From Telmatocola sphagniphila (GTDB lineage: Bacteria; Planctomycetota; Planctomycetia; Gemmatales; Gemmataceae): DNA of 32,000 bases. The stretch's first letter is position 1, and every line of letters starts with the position of its first letter. The position numbers and the translations under genes are program-made. Shown here piece after piece: positions 25,511 through 32,000 of the stretch. Under the pieces are notes generated by a model, which was not told the origin of the DNA, ran no database searches, and worked only from the letters and a program-made list of their open reading frames with translations. The stretch is taken from contig NZ_CP074694.1 of NCBI RefSeq assembly GCF_018398935.1, positions 2,130,001-2,162,000 on the forward strand, written 5' to 3'.

Positions 25511-25761
25511 ACAACGCCGAGCAGGTTTGGCAGGACCTTGCTGCGAAGCTGGATGTGCTGGATGAGCTGCCGACGGTCGGTGGGCAGTCGCTGTAGCCCA
25601 AACTGGATAAGGACTTCGGGGACACAGTAGCTGTGATGCTGACACTCAGCAGTCCGCCCGTTTCCGACTTCGAGATCGACGAGCGAGCACGGGTGATCGG
25701 GGCCGCCCTAACTTCCATCCGCGAGCACCGGGTTAATGAAGGAACGGTTCGTCAGCGCTGA
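25498..25761 (+). pseudogene. RND permease (AcrB-like) N-terminal fragment with an in-frame TAG
   Basis: Manual translation in another frame gives FDTVNNAEQVWQDLAAKLDVLDELPTVGGQSL*PKLDKDFGDTVAVMLTLSSPPVSDFEIDERARVIGAALTSIREH…. It resembles the porter subdomain region (…LP.g…p.i.kdfgDt.avml.l.s) of RND pumps. About 90% of the gene is absent. Confidence 0.65.
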
Positions 25762-25849
25762 TCTCCTGGGCGAGAATAGGACAGAATCCTGTCGCCCTCG
25801 AAATAGTAAGTCGTTACTTGGGGACGGCGATCAACGAATTCAAAATTGG

Positions 25850-26446
25850 TTACTTACTCAACTTCCTTTTCAAATGCTGAAGCCTTGATTCTGCATTTCT
25901 CAAAAGACCCGAACCGATCGCGAACGAAAGGACGACCAGGAGCACGAAATTGTTGTTCACAAAATATACCAGCGACCCTTCGCTGGCTTTTGGTGTCGGG
26001 TTGGGGAATGCCACCCCCAGCCTGGGACGACCAAAGTCAAACCACCCAAAAATAAATTGTCCGGCGAGCAAGGCGATTCCGGTCGTGATGAAGACCCAAC
26101 CCAGGATTTTCTCCAGAATGATCGAGTCTAGATTCACATCCATTTTTGGTACGGAAACTTTGCTTTGCGTGGGGGGAGGCGTGGACGGAGACTTGTTCGG
26201 CTGCTCTGGAGTTGGGGACGGAGAAGTCGGCAATACCTCTAGCAAGGGTTGCAGACCTGGCATCGGAAGAATTGGCACGGAAGGATTCATATTGGTAGCA
26301 AGTGATTCCAGTTTGGGAGGACTGGATTTTTCTTCAAGGGGCCGAGGAGATTCTCTACCTGCTAAAACGGGGGCCCCGCAGTGCGGACAAGAGACCGCTA
26401 ACGTCGATACTTTTCCCTGGCATTCGCGACAAGTGACGATCGACAT
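25850..26446 (-). CDS. zinc-ribbon membrane protein
   Basis: N-terminal CRECQGKVSTLAVSCPHCGAP (CxxC…CxxC), a Pro/Ser-rich linker, then two or three TM helices. Confidence 0.8.
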   Translation of the reverse strand: MSIVTCRECQGKVSTLAVSCPHCGAPVLAGRESPRPLEEKSSPPKLESLATNMNPSVPILPMPGLQPLLEVLPTSPSPTPEQPNKSPSTPPPTQSKVSVPKMDVNLDSIILEKILGWVFITTGIALLAGQFIFGWFDFGRPRLGVAFPNPTPKASEGSLVYFVNNNFVLLVVLSFAIGSGLLRNAESRLQHLKRKLSK

Positions 26447-26934
26447 GATTGGCTCCTGACTGCTTATTCGCAGTGGTTGGCGGTAATTCTAAAAGTACCT
26501 TATCCCGTTCAATCCGATTCTCAACAACCCCAGCGGACTCTGCGCCATCGCGGGGGCAAGAAATTCGAATAATTCGCAGAAACTGTCGAAATTCAAAGTT
26601 CATTTCCAGGTTCTGCGAATTTTGTGATCCCGTGGAAGTTCACACCTTTTGAGCTCCTTTTCCAAGACTTCAAGACTTTTGACCCATGAACAATAGCCGG
26701 CAAGGAGTCGAGTCAAAAAGGGGAGTAGATGAGATTTGTCGTCAAACGAGACCATCGAGTTTGCGATTACCTCAATATTAATTGCCAGGCTCTGGCAAGG
26801 TATTGGCAGGAATAATCCACTTTCCGAAATTTTTCTGCCCTCAAGCGCTTTAAGTTTCCGCTTGGATCGATGTGGAGCATCGTGTCGTCGCAAAGATCGG
26901 CAGAAAGTTCCCGCCATATTACAAAGGGTTTTTC

Positions 26935-27480
26935 ATGAAAATTGTTTCCAAATTTCTATTTCTGGCACTCCTCTGCAGCACAATTCTGGGGTCAAGCCGA
27001 AAAGTTTCCGGCCAGACTCCCTATCAGGAAAACGGAGCCATTTCCGAGCGGGAAGTGAAAGTGCAGCTCGAGGCTCTCGGATATACAGTTACGGAGCATA
27101 TCGATACCAACGGGGCAAAAAGATTTTCAGTCCCTGTTCTCTGGAACGGACGGACTTACCCTTTGGGAGTCGGCTTCAGCGCGGACAAGTCGATGGTCTG
27201 GCTCTATTTGAACTTGATCAAAATCGAAAAGCCTGAGAATTCCGGAGGAAGATTTCAGAAACTTTTGGAAAACAACTACACACTGGGAGCCTCCACTTTC
27301 AGCTACAATCCGAATACCCAACTCCTGATGCTCCACCGTCCGATCGATAACCGCGGAATCACGGCCAAGATTCTGGACGACAAAATCGACCGCATCCTGC
27401 GAGGTGTGGAGTCCACTCGGGCCGATTGGGATTTCGATTGGAACCTCCCCATTTCCGCCTCCGCTCGACAAGGCAAGTGA
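26935..27480 (+). CDS. secreted YbjN-like (T3SS-chaperone-fold) protein, tentative
   Basis: The ATG at 26935 gives the signal peptide MKIVSKFLFLALLCSTILG. The body (…VQLEALGYTVTEHIDTNGAKRFSVPVLWNGRTYPLGVGFSADKSMVWLYLNL…LLENNY…) resembles YbjN-domain proteins as I remember them. Confidence 0.6.
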   Translation: MKIVSKFLFLALLCSTILGSSRKVSGQTPYQENGAISEREVKVQLEALGYTVTEHIDTNGAKRFSVPVLWNGRTYPLGVGFSADKSMVWLYLNLIKIEKPENSGGRFQKLLENNYTLGASTFSYNPNTQLLMLHRPIDNRGITAKILDDKIDRILRGVESTRADWDFDWNLPISASARQGK

Positions 27481-27605
27481 GAGGAAATCCTCCGGGAAAA
27501 GCAGGTTTTAAAACCTGCTTCTGCTCTGTTAGTATGGTGGAACTCGATAAGGCATTGCTCCGGGTAGTACTTCCGAATTTTACGGTTAAAAGCTTAGGGA
27601 TTTCC

Positions 27606-30600
27606 ATGCTGGATAGCGAGCGGATCGAAGAACTCCTGGACCGCTATGAAGAAGCCCTCGAGACGGGCCAAGTGGTTACGGTGGAAACTCTCTGCCGGGA
27701 CGATCCGCACCTGATCGAGGCGGTTCGAAAGAAATTGGCACTTCTGGCAAAAGTCGATGGCCTGGTGGCCGCGGATGAGTCGGAAATCGGCATTCCCTCG
27801 GAAAAGGTCGCAGGCCGATATCGGGCCCAGAGTCCTCTCGGACAGGGCGGACTTGGCCAAGTTTTCATCGCCTTGGATGAAGAATTGGAACGCGAGGTTG
27901 CCCTGAAGCGCCTCCTACCCGGAAGAGCTTCCGATCCCGACAATCAAGCGCGCTTCCGTCGCGAAGCCAAGATCACCGGACAGCTGGAGCATCCGGGCAT
28001 TGTCCCGATCTATGGCCTCGGATCGGATTCGAAGGGAAGACCCTACTACGCCATGCGAAGGGTGACCGGAGACACCCTCGACCAAGCGATCGAGCGGTAT
28101 CATCGGAAGGAACTCAGTTTGCTGACAGTCTTGCGAAATTTCTTAACCGTCTGCCAAACCGTAGCCTTCGCCCATAGCAAGGGGATTATCCATCGGGACC
28201 TCAAGCCCCAAAACATTCTCGTGGGAGAATTTGGGGAAACTCTGGTGATCGATTGGGGGCTGGCCAAGCCGGTGGCCGAAGGGGAGCCTATCGATGCGGA
28301 AACTGCGAATACCTCCCGGATAGACGAAGTGACCCCGACGATGCAGGGGATCCGGAAGGGATCTCCAGCCTATATGAGTCCCGAGCAAGCGGAAGGTCTA
28401 CCCGCCACCGAATCTTCCGATATTTACGCGCTCGGGGCGACGCTCTACAAAATCCTGACCGGAAAAGCTCCCTTCCAAGAAGGTTCCCGCATTTGGGAGC
28501 GGATCCGGACGGGCGACTTTCCCCCGGCTCGGGGGGTTCGTCGCGACGTCCCCCTCTCCCTGGACGCCATCTGTCGAAAAGCGATGAGCGTTCGTGTCGA
28601 AGATCGGTATCCTCGAGCTCTCGAGCTGGCCTCGGACATCGAACACTGGCTGGCGGATGAACCGGTCTCCGCCGCCCGCGATCCATGGGGGGTTCGCTGT
28701 CGCCGCTGGATGCGTCGGCATCGGGCTTTAGTGTTGAGCGCTTTGTCGATGCTGGCAGTCGGGATCGCTGCGGTCGTGGTGCTGCTGCTCCGGGAGGATC
28801 AATCCAATAAAGTCTTAAAGCAATCCAACGACGAATTGATACAAGCCAACCAGCGGGTCACCCAATCGTTGGACGATATTAAGAAGGCGAACGAGAAAGT
28901 GGAAAACGCCCTCCACTTCAGCCGTTGGGAACGAGATAAAGCGCAGATAAATCTGGCCTCCGTAGCCTCGGGAGAGCAAAAGGGGGCGCGGGCGGCGTAT
29001 CTGTTACGTCAAACCAGCCCCCGCCCCGGGGAGTCGGACAATCGATCCTGGGAATGGTATTATCTCAGTCGCCCCTTTGCTCTCGACCGAGCGGAGATAC
29101 CCGGACCCCCCTCTCCTTCCGCGATTGCCGTTTCAAATGACGGCCGCTGGGTGGCCTCCACCAACGGGCGGCAGGTCTCTCTGTTCAGCGTAGAAACCGC
29201 CAAGCGGATGTTCACGTTTCCGACGAAACCGTATTCCTTGTCGATCGCTTTCTCGCCCGATAGTCGTACGCTGGCCGTCCCCAACGAAAAGACAGCCGCT
29301 TTGTGGCGGTTGCAAGGCGAGGATTGGATTCACGGGCCTGCGATGGAGCGCTTCGCACACCGCTGCGAAAGTTTAGCTTTTGCCCCGGCAGGAAATCTCC
29401 TGGCCGTTAGCGGAGACGGCGGCCGCCTCCGACTTTTTCACTCCGGCACCGGAAAATTACTGGCGGATTCCCAAGAACTCCAGCAAGGCCAACCCAGCAC
29501 GGACGACAACCTGGAAGGTTTAGCGTTCTCCGCCGATGGAACTCGGCTCGCCGGGAGAAGACTTTTGCAACCCCTGGTATTTGAAATCGAACAAAAAAAA
29601 GAGATCACTTCCCTGAAGCTTGCTTTTCGAGGGGGGAAAGAGATCAGCGCTTATAAAGTCTGGTTCGAAGAGAAGCAGAACGACCTGGCCATTCAAGATT
29701 CCAACGCGATACGAGTCTTTGACCGATTCCATCAGGAACGAAAGAAAATTGCGCTCCCCGCGGAGGGCCGCGAGGTGCATCCGATTCTGAGGGAGCCGTC
29801 CGGGAGTTATTGGGGACTTTCCCAGGGAGTCGCCTGGCAGATTTATCAGCCCCGCTGGCGCGATCCCTCCTCCCTCCCGGGCTTTCCCGGTGTGGAGCGA
29901 TTCGGTAAGCCGGTGATCCAGCCGCTCCGTTTTGATCAGCTCGTGTCGGCCGTGGGTCTTGCCTCGAACGGAAAAACCGGGGCTTTTGGACTCCGGGATG
30001 GCCGCATCGTGATTACCGATACGATTTCGACGGAACCGCAAGTAATTATCCGTCACTCCGGCTTGCAGGAGGTCACGGGGGCGTTTCTAACTCCTCACGG
30101 GGATCAACTGCTATCGTTCGACTCCGGACGAAATGCCTGCTTTGGCCCATTAGGTTCCGAGCCCCGCTTTCGGAGGAGCGGCGAAATGAACCCTGGGATT
30201 GGTCCCTCGTCTACTCCTTGGACCGGCAGCCTCTCCAACGATGGGGCCCTGTTCGGCATTCGGGATGCGAGGAATATTTCCGTCATCGAGTCTTCCAGTG
30301 GACGGACGCTCCTCACCCTTGCCTCCGCCTTCGAGGGAGGCCTCTTCCCAACCCATGCGCCCCTGGGATTCTCTCCCGATGGTTCGCGACTGGCGTTTAC
30401 GCTTTCGAAATTCGACTTCCCGACCCAGAAATTCACTTCCCACGAAGTCCGAGTCTGGAATTTAAAAGAAGATCGAGAGATTCTCCGATTTCCCAGTGAA
30501 GGGCAGGCGCTCGATCTGGCCTATTCGCCGGATGGTCAAAAAATTGCACTGGCTCAGGAACATGAGGTCCTCCTCTATTCCTCCGACGGATCGAGAGGAT

Positions 30601-31208
30601 TGCAGCGGCTCAAGGGGCGCGGGCCATTTAACAGAGTGGCCTTCTCTCCGGATGGTTTAAAAATCGCCGCGGGATCCAATTCGGGTGAAGTCACGGTCTG
30701 GAAATTATCGGATCCCAAAGAAGGAGAAGTCTTTTCCCTCCATAGTTCGGAAATCACAGGTCTGAATTTTTTTCCGGGAAGCCGACTTTTAGCGAGTAGT
30801 GGTACCGACGGCTTTATCCGGCTCTTTGATGTCGTCGACCGACTCGAACGCGGAACCTTGCCGTGCCGGCTTCCCATCAAATCTTTGGCTCTCGCGGCCG
30901 ATGGAAAAACGATCGTGGCGGGTTGCGAACAAGGTCTCTGTATGGTTTTCCGCGCGGCCGAAGATGCCACGATCGTCAGAAGGCTGCAAAAACAGGCCCA
31001 AAGACCGCCCGACCGGAGCGAAATTGAACGCGATCTGGCAATTGCCGCTTGGGGCTGGTATCTCGAACGGCGTCGAGAAAACGATGAAGTTTGCTCGCAG
31101 CAAGCCCTGGAGATAGGCGTGCAGGCGTGCGAGAAGTTGGAAAATTCTCCCGAAACCGAGTCTTGGACGAAGGCCTTTCAAAGCGAATGGGAAAAATTGA
31201 AAAAATAA
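27606..31208 (+). CDS. Ser/Thr protein kinase with TM segment, WD40/beta-propeller repeats and a helical C-terminus
   Basis: The start is taken at MLDSERIEELLDRYEEAL. Kinase motifs: GQGGLGQVF, VALKRL, HRDLKPQNIL, IDWGLAK, YMSPEQ. TM segment: ALVLSALSMLAVGIAAVVVLLL. Many (A/G)FSPDG…LA…(V/L)W units follow, for example LAYSPDGQKIALAQ and VAFSPDGLKIAAGSNSGEVTVWKL. Confidence 0.95.
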   Translation: MLDSERIEELLDRYEEALETGQVVTVETLCRDDPHLIEAVRKKLALLAKVDGLVAADESEIGIPSEKVAGRYRAQSPLGQGGLGQVFIALDEELEREVALKRLLPGRASDPDNQARFRREAKITGQLEHPGIVPIYGLGSDSKGRPYYAMRRVTGDTLDQAIERYHRKELSLLTVLRNFLTVCQTVAFAHSKGIIHRDLKPQNILVGEFGETLVIDWGLAKPVAEGEPIDAETANTSRIDEVTPTMQGIRKGSPAYMSPEQAEGLPATESSDIYALGATLYKILTGKAPFQEGSRIWERIRTGDFPPARGVRRDVPLSLDAICRKAMSVRVEDRYPRALELASDIEHWLADEPVSAARDPWGVRCRRWMRRHRALVLSALSMLAVGIAAVVVLLLREDQSNKVLKQSNDELIQANQRVTQSLDDIKKANEKVENALHFSRWERDKAQINLASVASGEQKGARAAYLLRQTSPRPGESDNRSWEWYYLSRPFALDRAEIPGPPSPSAIAVSNDGRWVASTNGRQVSLFSVETAKRMFTFPTKPYSLSIAFSPDSRTLAVPNEKTAALWRLQGEDWIHGPAMERFAHRCESLAFAPAGNLLAVSGDGGRLRLFHSGTGKLLADSQELQQGQPSTDDNLEGLAFSADGTRLAGRRLLQPLVFEIEQKKEITSLKLAFRGGKEISAYKVWFEEKQNDLAIQDSNAIRVFDRFHQERKKIALPAEGREVHPILREPSGSYWGLSQGVAWQIYQPRWRDPSSLPGFPGVERFGKPVIQPLRFDQLVSAVGLASNGKTGAFGLRDGRIVITDTISTEPQVIIRHSGLQEVTGAFLTPHGDQLLSFDSGRNACFGPLGSEPRFRRSGEMNPGIGPSSTPWTGSLSNDGALFGIRDARNISVIESSSGRTLLTLASAFEGGLFPTHAPLGFSPDGSRLAFTLSKFDFPTQKFTSHEVRVWNLKEDREILRFPSEGQALDLAYSPDGQKIALAQEHEVLLYSSDGSRGLQRLKGRGPFNRVAFSPDGLKIAAGSNSGEVTVWKLSDPKEGEVFSLHSSEITGLNFFPGSRLLASSGTDGFIRLFDVVDRLERGTLPCRLPIKSLALAADGKTIVAGCEQGLCMVFRAAEDATIVRRLQKQAQRPPDRSEIERDLAIAAWGWYLERRRENDEVCSQQALEIGVQACEKLENSPETESWTKAFQSEWEKLKK

Positions 31209-31254
31209 TTGCCCCCGGGGAACTACTCGATCCGCTGAGAAGAGTGTGGTGCGG

Positions 31255-31542
31255 ATGAAACTATTTAAGTCAACTTTCCCTGGAGCAGTGATGAACAGTT
31301 TTTCCAAAGTATTCGGTATCGCGGCTTTCTTCGTAATAGTCACGATCCTTCGCGACCCGAATCCGTTCAAGAAGTGGATTCGCGAGGCCGTGGCCCCGGA
31401 AACACCGACCGCGGAACAACTGGAATGGAAACACAATCGGGAGCGAATCAACCACAGTCTCGAATACAATCCTCAGCAATTTCGGGATCTCAGCAACACT
31501 CGAGCGGAGGTCCAAGAGTTCCTGAAAAAAGGGGGATTCTAA
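31255..31542 (+). CDS. small single-TM protein
   Basis: The ATG at 31255 gives MKLFKSTFPGAVMNSFSKVFGIAAFFVIVTIL…. Its stop codon overlaps the stop codon of the convergent sigma-factor gene. Confidence 0.45.
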   Translation: MKLFKSTFPGAVMNSFSKVFGIAAFFVIVTILRDPNPFKKWIREAVAPETPTAEQLEWKHNRERINHSLEYNPQQFRDLSNTRAEVQEFLKKGGF

Positions 31543-32000
31543 AGGGCCTCCGCAATTTTGAGTCGGGCCGCCCGCCAGCGGCGTTTGACAGTGGACTTAT
31601 CGACGCCGATGATTTCAGCGGCTTCTTCCTGAGTGAGTTCGTGGTAGATCAGAAGATCGACCACCTCCCGTTCTTCCTCCGGAAGCTTTTCCACGAGTTC
31701 GTGGAACTCCGTCCACTGAGCCAGTCGATGGGGATCCCAAGTATTGCCGGAGACGTCTATTCCGACCGGGTCCCCCATCGGGCCCGGAGATCGGCCTGGA
31801 GTCTCCGAAACGGGCTCTCCTGGTTTTCTCCGGCCATAATAGTGGCGGGTCAGGTCGAGAAGCTGTCGGCGAATCTGGGCGGCCCCGAGCCCGAGATATT
31901 CTCGAGTGCTGGTGGGCTGGACCGCTTCCAGCGACTTCCAGAGACGAACGGCCGCCTCTTGGACAACATCGTCGGTCTGTTCCCACTCTTTCAGTCGGGA
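31539..32000 (-). CDS. ECF-type sigma-70 family sigma factor (N-terminus outside window)
   Basis: Manual translation from the window edge gives …DDVVQEAAVRLWKSLEAVQPTSTREYLGLGAAQIRRQLLDLTRHYYGRR…LPEEEREVVDLLIYHELTQEEAAEIIGVDKSTVKRRWRAARLKIAEAL*. Regions 2 and 4 are both recognisable. Confidence 0.9.
   Translation of the reverse strand, partial: SRLKEWEQTDDVVQEAAVRLWKSLEAVQPTSTREYLGLGAAQIRRQLLDLTRHYYGRRKPGEPVSETPGRSPGPMGDPVGIDVSGNTWDPHRLAQWTEFHELVEKLPEEEREVVDLLIYHELTQEEAAEIIGVDKSTVKRRWRAARLKIAEAL

Noticed and set aside
26355-26917. Minus-strand ORFs 26355..26603 and 26600..26917 in the divergent intergenic region
   Set aside because: The first overlaps the zinc-ribbon gene start in another frame. 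The second is Arg/Lys-rich at its N-terminus with no motif. A small genuine peptide cannot be excluded, but it is not supported.
27594-31469. Numerous 60-226-aa ORFs on both strands inside the kinase gene (for example 28253..28660, 29520..30056, 30789..31469)
   Set aside because: They are nested in or antisense to a 1200-aa ORF with unambiguous kinase and WD40 motifs, and their compositions are Arg/Ser/Pro-rich.
1-32000. Search for rRNA, tRNA and CRISPR arrays across the whole window
   Set aside because: No regularly spaced direct repeats were seen, and no rRNA-like conserved blocks. The few T-loop-like strings (see below) lack complementary stems.

Overview
All calls were made by eye from the sequence and the ORF track; no database search or computation was run, so every family name is motif recognition from memory.

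The window looks like a Planctomycetota-type chromosome segment. Supporting features are a TIGR02996 repeat-companion protein, a ~1200-aa Ser/Thr kinase fused to WD40 repeats, HEAT, WD40 and LRR-like proteins, and an ECF sigma factor.

The flanks (about 1-9.2 kb and 25.8-32 kb) carry mostly intact genes:
- HEAT-repeat protein
- WD40 lipoprotein
- ArsB/NhaD-type anion permease
- zinc-ribbon membrane protein
- YbjN-like secreted protein
- kinase-WD40 protein
- ECF sigma factor (partial, runs off the window)

The middle (about 9.2-25.8 kb) reads as an accessory, decaying zone:
- an MFS transporter pseudogene
- an intact toxin-first Gp49/HigB-like plus XRE toxin-antitoxin pair
- an uncharacterised cluster of a P-loop protein, a 158-aa unknown and a DUF4291 protein
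- three IS66-family pieces, one inserted into another and one carrying a frameshift
- a roughly 35-aa group-II-intron-type reverse transcriptase relic
- an IS4-family transposase fragment butted against an orphan Phd/YefM antitoxin ORF that is too short for the ORF track
- a TPR gene stub
- a (TA)10 microsatellite
- a fused relic of an RND efflux operon

Intact genes in the same zone are a TetR regulator with a divergent small membrane protein and a Tat-signal flavin amine oxidase.

Two signals are not explained by gene calls:
- A 10-nt core GTGTCGGACC occurs five times exactly, plus one 9/10 copy. It is always intergenic and always co-oriented with the neighbouring gene.
- An AT-rich, ORF-poor island lies at about 6.3-8.0 kb.

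I saw no rRNA, tRNA or CRISPR array. I cannot point to a demonstrably novel system. The best candidates for follow-up are the dispersed motif and the P-loop/unknown/DUF4291 cluster.
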